From Candidatus Sungiibacteriota bacterium (lineage in GTDB: Bacteria > Patescibacteriota > Minisyncoccia > Sungbacterales > HO2-52-23): 64,000 bases of DNA. Positions 43,844 to 53,577 of this stretch are shown here, piece after piece. The notes beneath the pieces were generated by a model. That model was not told the DNA's origin, ran no database searches, and saw nothing but the letters and a program-made list of their open reading frames with translations. The stretch lies in contig JACOYX010000016.1 in assembly GCA_016181585.1 (NCBI GenBank), positions 32,467 through 96,466 on the forward strand, written 5' to 3'. The translations under genes were made by a program, and so were the position numbers. Position 1 is the stretch's first letter; each line of letters starts with the position of its first letter.

Positions 43844-45097
43844 ATGCGTACCTCGTATTCTGCAATAGAAACCTATCTCCAGTGCCCGCAAAAATATAAA
43901 TTTCAGGAAATAGATCGTATTCGTGTTCCTAAGTCGCGGGAGGCTATTTTTGGAACACTCATCCACGAGTCTCTCAAATTTATGTTTGAGCGAAGCCCTT
44001 TGTATCCCACACTTGATGAGGTGGTATCTCATTTTCGCGAGCGCTGGCCAAAGCATGAAACACTGCTTAATGCCGGAGGCGGCGATCCTCTGAAGCGTCC
44101 GTGGTCTGAAGCGGAGGAAAAGATTTTATTTGAAGAGGGCGTAAAAATGCTCAAGCTCTTTTATGAAAAAAATGCGCCATGGAATTTTAATATCGTCGAT
44201 CTAGAATCACGATTTGAAGTGATCCTTGCCGACGAAAAAACCGGAGAAACCCATGTTCTTGCGGGAATTATCGACCGCATCGACAAGGATGCCGATGGCG
44301 TCTATGAAATTATAGATTACAAAACCTCAAAACGCATGCCTTCGCAGGACATGCTTGATAAAAATCTCCAGCTCTCGCTATATTCTCTCGGTCTCACCAA
44401 ACGCTGGCCGCATATAAACATCGAAGATATCAAATTAAGTCTCTATTTTGTAAAGCATGAAGAAAAACTTTCCACCAAGCGTACCACAGAGCAAATCGAA
44501 AAGACCAAAGCTGAAATTTTAACCTCAATACAGGATATTCAAAACCGCCTAGCGCAAAATAAAGAATTCGAGCCGATGCCCAGCATGCTCTGCAATTGGT
44601 GTGAATATCGTCCCCAATGCCCCGCGTGGCGGCATTTATATCGGAATACGACGCCGATTTCTGAGAAGAGCAAGGAAGAAATGGATGAAATACTGAAAGA
44701 ATATTTTGAAAAGAAAAAAATGATAAAAACTCACGAGACACGGCTTGCCGCGCTTCAAGTCGTCATTAAAGAATATATGGAAAAAGAAAAACTTACGCGG
44801 GTCTTCGGCGAGGAAGGATATATATCAAAAAAACTAATTCAGCGCTTTGCCTACGATCCTGAAAAGGTGAAGTCCGCACTCTCCCCTTTCGGAAAGTGGG
44901 AAGAAATTTTGAAAATGGACGAAACAAAACTAAAGAAAATTTTGAAAGAAGTTCCGCCATATGTACGCGACGCGGTTGCCAAAGCCCGAGAGCTCTCAAA
45001 GGAATATATTGTGATGACCGCATCGCTCAAAGCGATAAAAGGACCCGCGGATGCCGCTGATGACGCTGAAAATTCAGATGAAGCGGACACCATATAA
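43844..45097 (+). CDS. PD-(D/E)xK nuclease family protein (RecB/AddB/Cas4-like, 4-Cys signature)
   Basis: YLQCPQKY, GIIDRID...YEIIDYKTS (the D...ExK motif) and CNWCEYRPQCPAW. Confidence 0.7.
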   Translation: MRTSYSAIETYLQCPQKYKFQEIDRIRVPKSREAIFGTLIHESLKFMFERSPLYPTLDEVVSHFRERWPKHETLLNAGGGDPLKRPWSEAEEKILFEEGVKMLKLFYEKNAPWNFNIVDLESRFEVILADEKTGETHVLAGIIDRIDKDADGVYEIIDYKTSKRMPSQDMLDKNLQLSLYSLGLTKRWPHINIEDIKLSLYFVKHEEKLSTKRTTEQIEKTKAEILTSIQDIQNRLAQNKEFEPMPSMLCNWCEYRPQCPAWRHLYRNTTPISEKSKEEMDEILKEYFEKKKMIKTHETRLAALQVVIKEYMEKEKLTRVFGEEGYISKKLIQRFAYDPEKVKSALSPFGKWEEILKMDETKLKKILKEVPPYVRDAVAKARELSKEYIVMTASLKAIKGPADAADDAENSDEADTI

Positions 45098-45102
45098 AGA
45101 AA

Positions 45103-45135
45103 ACCACCCCGGAATATTAGGGGTGTTGCTTTTTG
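45103..45135. terminator. Bidirectional hairpin terminator
   Basis: CACCCC-loop-GGGGTG with a T-rich tail. Confidence 0.6.
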
Positions 45136-45137
45136 TT

Positions 45138-45434
45138 TTATATATTTTCCTCAATAAGAAGTTTTTCAGGAGTAATCTGATCCCAGCCGGACAATTCAGG
45201 AAATGCTGTTTTTAGCACTTCTATATTAGATGCGCGAAGGATCATAACATCATACCGTGCCGCTGGAAAATTTTTATCCAACTCTCGTGCTTTATGCACG
45301 AGTGCGGCATCAATTTCCATGAGCCTTACTTTTCGTGCTTTTCTTTCGCTAGGCGCCTCTATAATTTTTTTGACAAGTCTATTTTTAAGCTCTGCCACGA
45401 GAATAAAATTATTTTTAGCCTTGTTTCGCGCCAT
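45138..45434 (-). CDS. Hypothetical 98-aa protein
   Basis: ATG 45434 lies 5 nt downstream of the stop of the upstream gene, so the two are probably co-transcribed. Confidence 0.5.
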   Translation of the reverse strand: MARNKAKNNFILVAELKNRLVKKIIEAPSERKARKVRLMEIDAALVHKARELDKNFPAARYDVMILRASNIEVLKTAFPELSGWDQITPEKLLIEENI

Positions 45435-45438
45435 GCCA

Positions 45439-46557
45439 TTATTCCTTTCTTGCCAATGCATAGTTAGAATATCTATCGTCAGAGGTAACGTCCGCCGCCA
45501 CATCAAGAAATGGTGGAAGCTCCACTTTGTCATGCTCATCCGTAAGTTCAATTTCGAGCAATGTCAACCCTTTATGCCGCAATGGTTCATGAAAAATATC
45601 CAGTTCAAAATACTGATTCCTCCAGGGGAAACAGTAGCGATCTTTCTTAATGGTTACTCCCGCTTCATCGGATTCATCTGCAAGTAAAAATGAATATTCA
45701 GCCGCATTGATAATGCGCCCTGTTTCAATGCGCACTCCGGGTCTCACCATCTTTTTTTCTTCATAGTAATAGATGCATGCACCGTCTTGTCCCCGCGCTC
45801 TGATTCTTCGTATGCCATCCGTATCGGTTTTAAGATACGTTTGCTCAATATCAATTTTTACATAAGGTATGCCAAGTTGTGCCTGCAGTGATCCTAATTC
45901 TATTGAACGCAAAAGATATTTTCGCTCAATTTCAAGCGGCGCGGGAATACCTATTCTACGGCATAACTTTTGCAATAACCGATGCTTTTTACCTTCAAAA
46001 TCGGTGGAATTGTCGATTGCCCGCCAATGTGGATGTCCATTCCACGCTTGTTGGGTTTTTCTGTCAACATTAAGCGCTTCTTCAGGAGTTTTTTCTTTGC
46101 GCTCCTTATTGTTTGCTAAGGTATAAAACTCTTCTGCGCCATCGGCTGCGGTAACTAAGTGAAAAACCCCATCATAGCGTTGATCGCGCAACTCCGGCTT
46201 AATGAAACCCAGCCGAATTATCATAGCGTCAAAAATATCGGGATCAATATAGGCGCGCCCATCCATGATACCCCTGTCACAAACTATAATTTTTTTATCT
46301 CCTTTATGCCGCTTCGCAAGTTCCAAATACCGATTTTCCTGTTCCATCTGCTTCAAAAATTGCTGTTCCTGGAAATCTATATTCGAAATACCTTCGCATC
46401 CCACTTCAACTCCATTTGTAAAAAGCTCTGTAGAAACTTCAGGGATGGTAAAAACCTTAAAACCAAAATTCCTAAGTTTTTCCACCACGAACACAAGAGA
46501 ACTTGTCTTCCCGCCGCATGGGCCACCGGTCAGCACATAGAATCTAATGTCATTCAC
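45439..46557 (-). CDS. Fusion of a NadR-kinase-like P-loop ATPase (AAA_28-like) and a CYTH triphosphate-tunnel domain
   Basis: N-terminus: YVLTGGPCGGKTS (Walker A) and IIVCDRG. C-terminus: LEIERKYLL (the ExExK motif) and LLEIEL, both typical of CYTH. Confidence 0.65.
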   Translation of the reverse strand: MNDIRFYVLTGGPCGGKTSSLVFVVEKLRNFGFKVFTIPEVSTELFTNGVEVGCEGISNIDFQEQQFLKQMEQENRYLELAKRHKGDKKIIVCDRGIMDGRAYIDPDIFDAMIIRLGFIKPELRDQRYDGVFHLVTAADGAEEFYTLANNKERKEKTPEEALNVDRKTQQAWNGHPHWRAIDNSTDFEGKKHRLLQKLCRRIGIPAPLEIERKYLLRSIELGSLQAQLGIPYVKIDIEQTYLKTDTDGIRRIRARGQDGACIYYYEEKKMVRPGVRIETGRIINAAEYSFLLADESDEAGVTIKKDRYCFPWRNQYFELDIFHEPLRHKGLTLLEIELTDEHDKVELPPFLDVAADVTSDDRYSNYALARKE

Positions 46558-46635
46558 TCTTCACCTCTATGGTAATGAACTTACAGCATTATATATAATT
46601 TTCCACGTTTAGTAAACCTATGAGAGCAAAATCAA

Positions 46636-46687
46636 AACCATTAATGACATTAACCCCGCGATCATGGGGTTAATGTCATTAATGGTT
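46636..46687. repeat. Perfect 22-bp-stem hairpin (AACCATTAATGACATTAACCCC, 8-nt loop)
   Basis: The arms at 46636-46657 and 46666-46687 are exact reverse complements. Confidence 0.85.
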
Positions 46688-46728
46688 GGGAGATGTGCTG
46701 ATTTAAAATTTGTGTTTTTGTCGTGTCG

Positions 46729-46810
46729 CTAAGAAACCGTCTAAAAAGTCTTTTTTGTGACGAAATTCTGCAATTGTAGCAGAAAAGCGGCTTTTTAGAC
46801 GGTTTCTAAA
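46729..46810. repeat. Repeat family T, copy 2 (82 bp)
   Basis: CTAAGAAACCGTCTAAAAAGTC ... GCTTTTTAGACGGTTTCTA. The internal TTTTGTGACGAAA core lies at 46753-46765. The right arm overlaps the stop of the adjacent gene. Confidence 0.8.
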
Positions 46811-47189
46811 GTCCTTCGCAATTTCCTGCGGCTTTATATCCCTTCGCTTCCGCCTCTTCTTTGGAATTGAACCAAATTTTATTCGCCTCTTTTATTTTCT
46901 GTGCTCCGGGACACCATGGAAAATGGTAGGCACTTCCCGATTTTGAGGCGACGTATCTTCCTTGAGTAGAATTGATAATTGCCGATGATTCACGTCCTTC
47001 CGAAGTTGTATTCTTTTCCTCTTTTTTGTTCCCCGCTTCTTCCGGTTCTTCGATAGTTATTGGTTCTGATTGCGGCCAAACTATCGATAATCTACCCAGA
47101 CCGAAACCGATAATTCCTACCAAAAAGATGATTACGGCGATAAAAAGGTCGTTTTGGCTGTTTATAACCCATGCTTTGACTTTTTCCAT
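46806..47189 (-). CDS. Membrane-anchored protein with a C-terminal Ada-type Zn-binding-like motif
   Basis: A TM helix is followed by YHFPWCPGAQKIKEANKIWFNSKEEAEAKGYKAAGNC. Confidence 0.5.
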   Translation of the reverse strand: MEKVKAWVINSQNDLFIAVIIFLVGIIGFGLGRLSIVWPQSEPITIEEPEEAGNKKEEKNTTSEGRESSAIINSTQGRYVASKSGSAYHFPWCPGAQKIKEANKIWFNSKEEAEAKGYKAAGNCEGL

Positions 47190-47334
47190 AGAGTTTGCTA
47201 GCATATATATTATAGGATATAGCACAGCTTTTACATCTTATCAATTGAAATTTAAGATATTCCGATTGATATCGGGATGCTCATAATTGCAGCGAAATTT
47301 ATTTCGCTGCAAGCTCATAAATTTCGGCAATTAT

Positions 47335-47607
47335 ATGGCACATACAAAATCCTCTGGTGCAGCGAAAAACGCCCGAGACTCACAACCAAAATACTTAGGA
47401 ATAAAAAAATATGCCGGTGAAGCAGTGAAGGCTGGCAGTATTGTCGTGCGTCAGCGCGGCTCAAAATTTTTAGCAGGAGAAGGCATCCGCCGCGGAGGCG
47501 ACGATACGCTTTACGCGATTCGTACAGGGAAAATTGAATTTGTCACTAAACGACGTATCGGTTTCGATGGTTCGCTGAAGTATAAAAAAATGGTGACTGT
47601 GGTCTAA
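47335..47607 (+). CDS. rpmA: 50S ribosomal protein L27
   Basis: MAHTKSSGAAKNARDSQPKYLGIK...VRQRGSKF. Confidence 0.9.
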   Translation: MAHTKSSGAAKNARDSQPKYLGIKKYAGEAVKAGSIVVRQRGSKFLAGEGIRRGGDDTLYAIRTGKIEFVTKRRIGFDGSLKYKKMVTVV

Positions 47608-47665
47608 AAACCTCTTGCAAAATAATTTTTCTGCTGCAATTTTCAAATTTTGCAAGAGGTTTTAA
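47608..47665 (+). terminator. 16-bp-stem hairpin after rpmA
   Basis: AAACCTCTTGCAAAAT ... ATTTTGCAAGAGGTTT. Confidence 0.6.
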
Positions 47666-47674
47666 ATTATAAAC

Positions 47675-47705
47675 AAAAATCGCTCCATGCTTGGAGCGAT
47701 TTTTG
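47675..47705 (-). terminator. Intrinsic terminator of pyrG
   Basis: CGCTCCA-TGCT-TGGAGCG flanked by A/T runs. Confidence 0.7.
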
Positions 47706-49322
47706 TTATACGACGGCAGATTTTATAAACTCTACAAATAAAGGATGAGGGTTGAGAGGACGGGATTTTAATTCAGGATGAAATTGTGTAGCCACAAAAA
47801 AGGGGTGGTTTTTTAGTTCGATTATTTCCACCAAATTTCGTTCGGGATTAATGCCGGAAAATACCATACCCTTTTTCTCGAGCAGCTCACGAAATTCATT
47901 GTTCACTTCATAGCGGTGGCGGTGGCGTTCGGTAATAAGCTTTGTGCCATACGCCGCTTGCGCTCGTGTCCCCTCTTTTAATTCACAGGTATAGGCACCA
48001 AGGCGCATAGAGCCTCCCATGCGTTTTTCCTGAATATTAACCAATTGTTCCGGGAGTGTATGGATGACGGGATGCGTTGTTTTCGGATTCACTTCTGTGG
48101 TATGCGCATCTTTAAATCCGCATACATTGCGGGCAAATTCAATGACCGCCATATGAAGACCATAGCAAAGCCCCAAATAAGGAATTTTATTTTTCCGACA
48201 AAATTCCGCAACGTTAATTTTTCCTTCCACTCCGCGTTCTCCAAATCCGCCGGGAACGATAATTCCATCAAAAGATTTCAGTTCTTTAAATGCCGTCGTG
48301 CCATTTTCATATTTTTCCGCATCGAGCCAAACTATTTCCGGCTTGCATCCATTCGCCCATGCCCCATGCTTTACCGCCTCGATCACGGAAATATATGAAT
48401 CAGAAAGCGTGAAATTTCCCGACCCGAAGTATTTGCCAACAATACCTATTTTAACTGCCTGCTTCGCGTTGGATGCTTTTTCCACAAAAGCGTGCCATTC
48501 GCGCAGGTCTTGAACTTTTGCCTTGAGGCCGAATTTTTGTAATATACGCTCGCTTAACTTATCATTTTCAAAATTAATAGGAACCTCGTAAATATTTTTT
48601 GTATCCGGCGCTGAAATCACGTCTTCCTCGGATATATTGCAGAAAATTCCAATTTTTTTCTTTCGCGGATCATCTAAAGGCAAAAGAGAGCGCGCAACTA
48701 TAATATCAGGCTGAATGCCAGCATAATTTAACGATCGGGCCGCTTGCTGTGTCGGTTTTGTTTTCATTTCTCCAAGAGTTCCCGGAATCGGCAAATAACT
48801 CACCAACACAAACAGCACATCACGGGGATTTTTGAGTTTCATCATTCGGCCCGCTTCGAGAAAAAGTATATTTTGGTACTCACCCACCGTACCGCCGATT
48901 TCAACCAACACAATATCGGCCTTGGCTTTTTTTGCGGCCAGATTAAGGCGTCTGATTACCTCTTCGGGGATATCTGGAACCACTTCGACGCATCTTCCAT
49001 TATATTCAAGGTTTCGCTCGCGCTGAATGACTGCCTGATACACCGCGCCAGTTGTTATATAGTTTTCTCTGGGGATATTTTCACATAAAAACCGTTCATA
49101 ATTGCCTACGTCCTGATCACACTCCATACCGTCTTCTGTAACAAAAACCTCCCCATGCTCAATTGGGTTCATAGTGCCGGCATCTACATTGATATATTGA
49201 TCAATTTTAACTGCCGTTACGCGAAAACCTCGGCTCTTTAAAATCCGCGCCATTGAGGAAGTAGTAATCCCTTTCCCAATGCCGGACATGACACCGCCGC
49301 AAACAAAAATATACTTTGCCAT
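47706..49322 (-). CDS. pyrG: CTP synthase
   Basis: MAKYIFVCGGVMSGIGKGITTSS at the N-terminus. The C-terminal glutamine amidotransferase domain shows GLCYGLH. Confidence 0.9.
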   Translation of the reverse strand: MAKYIFVCGGVMSGIGKGITTSSMARILKSRGFRVTAVKIDQYINVDAGTMNPIEHGEVFVTEDGMECDQDVGNYERFLCENIPRENYITTGAVYQAVIQRERNLEYNGRCVEVVPDIPEEVIRRLNLAAKKAKADIVLVEIGGTVGEYQNILFLEAGRMMKLKNPRDVLFVLVSYLPIPGTLGEMKTKPTQQAARSLNYAGIQPDIIVARSLLPLDDPRKKKIGIFCNISEEDVISAPDTKNIYEVPINFENDKLSERILQKFGLKAKVQDLREWHAFVEKASNAKQAVKIGIVGKYFGSGNFTLSDSYISVIEAVKHGAWANGCKPEIVWLDAEKYENGTTAFKELKSFDGIIVPGGFGERGVEGKINVAEFCRKNKIPYLGLCYGLHMAVIEFARNVCGFKDAHTTEVNPKTTHPVIHTLPEQLVNIQEKRMGGSMRLGAYTCELKEGTRAQAAYGTKLITERHRHRYEVNNEFRELLEKKGMVFSGINPERNLVEIIELKNHPFFVATQFHPELKSRPLNPHPLFVEFIKSAVV

Positions 49323-49336
49323 ACGCCGTTAAAATT

Positions 49337-49780
49337 TTATTCAGATTCTATAACAACCTTAAGCTCTCCAACTATACCGTACGGAAAAGTGATTTTTACG
49401 GTATGCTCCCCGGTGGTTTTTATATGCTCCTCCAGCTCAATCCATTCCTTTTCTATTTCGATATGCGCTTTTTTGAGCGCCTCGGTAATTTTAGCGGCGC
49501 TTACCGAGCCGAATGCAGTTCCTTTATCACCCACTTTCATTTTAAAGATCATCGGGGTATTTTTCAATTTTTCAGCAATAGCTTTATATGCCGCTTCCTC
49601 TGTACTCTTCGCTTCGGCTATTGTTGCTTGCCGTTTGGAAAACGAAGCGACCGCCTGTGGCGTAGCAGGTTCCGCCAATTTTTTAGGAAACAAAAAATTA
49701 CGAGCATAGCCGTCATTAACTTCCTTTATATCATTCCTCCGCGCCACATGCGGGATATCTTTGAGAAAAATTACTTTCAT
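49337..49780 (-). CDS. rplI: 50S ribosomal protein L9
   Basis: [36 protein letters not shown]. Confidence 0.9.
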   Translation of the reverse strand: MKVIFLKDIPHVARRNDIKEVNDGYARNFLFPKKLAEPATPQAVASFSKRQATIAEAKSTEEAAYKAIAEKLKNTPMIFKMKVGDKGTAFGSVSAAKITEALKKAHIEIEKEWIELEEHIKTTGEHTVKITFPYGIVGELKVVIESE

Positions 49781-49830
49781 AATACTCCCTACGTTAATCT
49801 ATTTTATCAGTTTTTGCAATAACAATAACA

Positions 49831-49860
49831 AAAACCATGCGCATTGTGCGCATGGTTTTA
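49831..49860 (-). terminator. Intrinsic terminator after the S41 protease gene
   Basis: ACCATGCGCA-TTG-TGCGCATGGT followed by a T-run on the minus strand. Confidence 0.65.
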
Positions 49861-49921
49861 ATTTCTATCTCAGTTTCTTTGGTATAAAATGGTGAAGAAA
49901 AAGCGGGAAGCCGAAGTCGTA

Positions 49922-51193
49922 TCACATTCCATTTATCACCTCCAAGGCTTTTTTCATCACCGGATCACCTTGAATTTTTTCTCGATCTTCCGGCAGTTCC
50001 ACTTTTACATCCGGTTCAAGTCCTTTGCCGTCAATTTCTATGCCCTTCGGGGTGAGCCATTTGGCGATGGTAATTTTGAGCGAAGCATCCTTTGGCAACG
50101 GTACCACTTCCTGCACCGATCCTTTGCCAAACGATTTGGCGCCGATAAGTTTTGACCCTCTTGAATCGCGCAGTGCTCCGGCTAAAATTTCCGAGGCAGA
50201 TGCCGATCCTTCGTTTATCAAAACTACCGTTGGCACATTTTCCAAGAGCTTATACCCGCTTGAGCGGTGCTCTTCTTTTGAGCCATCGGCAAATCTTTCC
50301 TGCACCACCACATCTCCCGCCGGTAAAAACCAGCTTGCTATATCAACAGAAACTTGTAAATAACCGCCAGGATTGTTTCGCAAATCAAGCACTAATTTTT
50401 TTGAATTGGTCACGTAAAACTCCTGCACCGCTTTGCGAAATGCTGTTGCCGCGTCTTCGTTAAAGTGGTTCAGTGTAATGACAAATACGCCTTCAGGAAG
50501 CGCCTCTTTTTCCTCGGGCTTGTCCCCGCCTCCGCTTGTGATAGTTTTTGATTCTGTTGCCACCGATTCTATCTTAATTGTATCACGGGTAATGCTGATT
50601 TCCTTTGCCTGGTCCAATCCATCGCGAACAATGGTAAGTTTAACTTGAGTTCCTTTTTCTCCGCGGATTAAACGCACCGCTTCATCCAATGCCAAATCTA
50701 TCGCCGCAGTGTCGTTAATTTTAAAAACCTTATCTCCCGCTTTCAAACCTGCCCGCTCCGCCGGACTGTTTTTTAAGGGAGAAATAATCGTAAGAATACT
50801 TTTACGAATGCCGATTTCGGCACCAATGCCGCTAAACGAACCTTTTACATCCTCCTGAAACTGCCTGGATATCTCCGGTGTGAAAAAATCGGTATAAGGA
50901 TCTTTGAGCGCATGTACCATTCCAGCGATTGCGCCATATACCATTTTCTCGCGATCGAGTTTAGATTTATCCACATATTTTTCTTCCACACGTGTCCAAA
51001 CATCCCAAAAAAGATTGAAATCAACATCACGGTATCGCGGGGGCGGCTCTTTGCCTGCGACGCCCAGCACTTTTTCAACTGACGGGCGATGATCGTAGCC
51101 GTACCACACGCCCAAACCAAACGTACCCCCGAGCATGGCGAGAGTTACGATTATTACAGCAATTTTTGCAGATAATTTATTTGTTTCAAACAT
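49922..51193 (-). CDS. Carboxy-terminal processing (S41, tail-specific) peptidase with a PDZ domain
   Basis: SPAERAGLKAGDKV marks the PDZ domain. VLINEGSASASEILAGALRD is the S41 catalytic Ser region. Confidence 0.85.
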   Translation of the reverse strand: MFETNKLSAKIAVIIVTLAMLGGTFGLGVWYGYDHRPSVEKVLGVAGKEPPPRYRDVDFNLFWDVWTRVEEKYVDKSKLDREKMVYGAIAGMVHALKDPYTDFFTPEISRQFQEDVKGSFSGIGAEIGIRKSILTIISPLKNSPAERAGLKAGDKVFKINDTAAIDLALDEAVRLIRGEKGTQVKLTIVRDGLDQAKEISITRDTIKIESVATESKTITSGGGDKPEEKEALPEGVFVITLNHFNEDAATAFRKAVQEFYVTNSKKLVLDLRNNPGGYLQVSVDIASWFLPAGDVVVQERFADGSKEEHRSSGYKLLENVPTVVLINEGSASASEILAGALRDSRGSKLIGAKSFGKGSVQEVVPLPKDASLKITIAKWLTPKGIEIDGKGLEPDVKVELPEDREKIQGDPVMKKALEVINGM

Positions 51194-51371
51194 GGTAATT
51201 TGTTAAATCAAAAATGTAAATATCCTTAAGCCGTCTGTGACCTGGTCTGACTGTCGCAGACGATCTAAGACGACAGGCTAGACAAAATGGAAAATGCTAA
51301 AATATAAATTTATCGTGAAGCGATACCTTAATTTTGCATTTTCCATTAATAGTACTATATCTCATCGGAGT

Positions 51372-52676
51372 CTATACTTCCACAAGACAATCTGCGAGTT
51401 TATAAATATCCCCCGCTCCCATCACTAAAACCACATCGCCTGCCCTTGCTTCCGCTGACAATAGTTTTTTCGCTTTTTTAAAATCTGCAGTGTGCCGCAC
51501 ATTTTTCCCACGCTTGGCTATCTCTCTTGAAAGTTTTAGCGAAGTCACCGCTGTCTTAATACTTTTTATTTCCCGTCCGGCAACGTCGTATACCGGAAGC
51601 AAACACACGCGATCCGCCAAGTCGAAAGCATCGGTAAAATCGTTCCAAAGATACTGCAAACGCTGGAATTGGTGCGGTTGATAGACGCACCAAACGCGCC
51701 GCAGAGGGAATCGGCTCCGCGCGGCCGCAATGGTTGCCCTAATTTCCGTCGGATGATGCGCATAGTCGCTAAATATATGCGCGCCGTTTAATACTCCTTT
51801 AAATTCAAATCGGCGCCATGTTCCATTGAAATGCGAAAGCGACTCGAGAATGTGCGCTTCGGCAATGCCCAAATATCTTCCCAGTGTTGCCGCCGCAAGC
51901 GCATTGTAAACATTATGTTCGCCGGGAATCCGCAATACCTTGCGCACAGCCGTAGAAGCTACTCCATCTTTTGCGGAGTACCAGCGCACTTTCGCGCCAA
52001 AAGGCGCGGCCACGCGCCGAAGGCGTTCGTCATCGGCATTGGCAATGATCACACCACCCTCGGGAACTTTTTTTAAAAATTCAGTAAATGTGCGCTCAAT
52101 ATCTTCAGCAGTTTTATATGTATCCATGTGCTCGACATCAATATTGGTTACTACCGCAATATGCGGAGAATAATTAAGAAATGATTTATTCCATTCGTCC
52201 GCCTCAAGCACTAGATAGCCTCCATGTCCATGGCGGAAATTTGAATTGCCAAATTCTTTTATTTTTGTACCAGCAATAACCATTGGATCACAAAATCCCT
52301 CTTCCAAAACCAACGCTGAAAGCGCCGTAGTGGTGCTTTTTCCGTGTGATCCGGAAATAGTAATGGTTTTGTGCTTTTTTGTAATGTCGCCGATCGCTTC
52401 GGCATAACTTTGCACCGCCATCCCCTGTTCGCGTGCCGCCCTAAGCTCCGGATTAGCTGTCTTTACCGCCGCCGTATGAACTACTTTTTTGGTATTTTGC
52501 GGGATATTTTTTCTGGAGTGCTTGCCGATAATGATTTTCGCTCCTAGTTTTTCCAAGTCTTTCACGATCTCCGAATATGCCAAATCCGACCCGCTAACCG
52601 TGTCTTTTTTATGGAGATGATATTTCGCCAGGGCGGATACTCCTATACCACCGATGCCGATAAAGTGGATATGCAT
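51372..52676 (-). CDS. murC: UDP-N-acetylmuramate--L-alanine ligase
   Basis: MHIHFIGIGGIGVSALA and ISGSHGKSTTT. Confidence 0.9.
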   Translation of the reverse strand: MHIHFIGIGGIGVSALAKYHLHKKDTVSGSDLAYSEIVKDLEKLGAKIIIGKHSRKNIPQNTKKVVHTAAVKTANPELRAAREQGMAVQSYAEAIGDITKKHKTITISGSHGKSTTTALSALVLEEGFCDPMVIAGTKIKEFGNSNFRHGHGGYLVLEADEWNKSFLNYSPHIAVVTNIDVEHMDTYKTAEDIERTFTEFLKKVPEGGVIIANADDERLRRVAAPFGAKVRWYSAKDGVASTAVRKVLRIPGEHNVYNALAAATLGRYLGIAEAHILESLSHFNGTWRRFEFKGVLNGAHIFSDYAHHPTEIRATIAAARSRFPLRRVWCVYQPHQFQRLQYLWNDFTDAFDLADRVCLLPVYDVAGREIKSIKTAVTSLKLSREIAKRGKNVRHTADFKKAKKLLSAEARAGDVVLVMGAGDIYKLADCLVEV

Positions 52677-52880
52677 GGAGAATAGATTATAGATTTATTA
52701 GGTATTATCTTGAATCTCCTAACAAGCTAACGAAGCTAAAAGCTATTTGCTGATAATATTATACACCAAATCCACCTCCAACTCAAATCCGGTCGGAAAC
52801 ATATACAAATTCTTTTACATCTGCCAGAAATAATGTACAATATAGGCTACTAAGATCTTTGCCGTTGGACGGAGAAGAAT

Positions 52881-53108
52881 ATGGCGCAGATAATTGACTA
52901 TCAAGATTTTTTTGCTGATGAAAAATCGCGACGTATGATAGATGCGGTTTTGGCGCATCCCAACGAATCGCTTGAGAGATTAATCGAACTCGCCGGCATC
53001 GTAGAAGATGATCTACAGGATATTTTGCCGTTGCTTGATGAAGATACTCGAGCGCAATTTACCCTAGCCTTTAAAAAGGCACAAAAGCCCTCATCGGCAT
53101 TACCATAA
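52881..53108 (+). CDS. Hypothetical 75-aa protein
   Basis: GGAGAAG precedes the ATG. Acidic helical protein. Confidence 0.5.
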   Translation: MAQIIDYQDFFADEKSRRMIDAVLAHPNESLERLIELAGIVEDDLQDILPLLDEDTRAQFTLAFKKAQKPSSALP

Positions 53109-53201
53109 CCGATTTGACTGAAATACTATAAGTAAACCAAATTCCGCATAATGCGGAATTTTAATTTGTAAAAAAGCGTAATCTGAGTTATAATTTTTTG
53201 T

Positions 53202-53552
53202 ATGGATTTAAGCGGCTTGAAGATAACCCCGAACAAAAAACTGCATTCGCGGGATCATCTTTTGGCGGAAGATTTATCCAAAATGCTGGGAGAAGCAAAA
53301 CGGTTTTCCGCGTATCTAGGCATTGCAAAGCGCTACCACGAATCCGATCTTCGTGGTCTCGCGCGGTATGTGCTTGAAAAGGAAAATCTGCCGCTTGAAG
53401 CGCGCGGGAAATACTTTTTTGCGGCGCTTCGCGGTTTAATTCAGAGACGAGATTTACGGCGAAAGCCAAAAAATTCAAAAAAGAAGAAAAATACAGGCTC
53501 CGCCCGCAAAAAGCCCCAGGAAAAGAAGAAAATTAAAATGCGGCAGGCATAG
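53202..53552 (+). CDS. Hypothetical 116-aa protein with a Lys/Arg-rich tail
   Basis: TATAAT lies 5-10 nt before the ATG, suggesting a leaderless transcript. The hairpin at 53538-53568 overlaps the stop. Confidence 0.5.
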   Translation: MDLSGLKITPNKKLHSRDHLLAEDLSKMLGEAKRFSAYLGIAKRYHESDLRGLARYVLEKENLPLEARGKYFFAALRGLIQRRDLRRKPKNSKKKKNTGSARKKPQEKKKIKMRQA

Positions 53553-53577
53553 AATGCCGCCGCATACTTTCAGTTTT

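Noticed and set aside
42341-46557. Prophage or integrative element around the tyrosine recombinase
   Set aside because: No capsid, terminase, tail or replication genes are present, and no flanking direct repeats are visible. The neighbouring genes look chromosomal.
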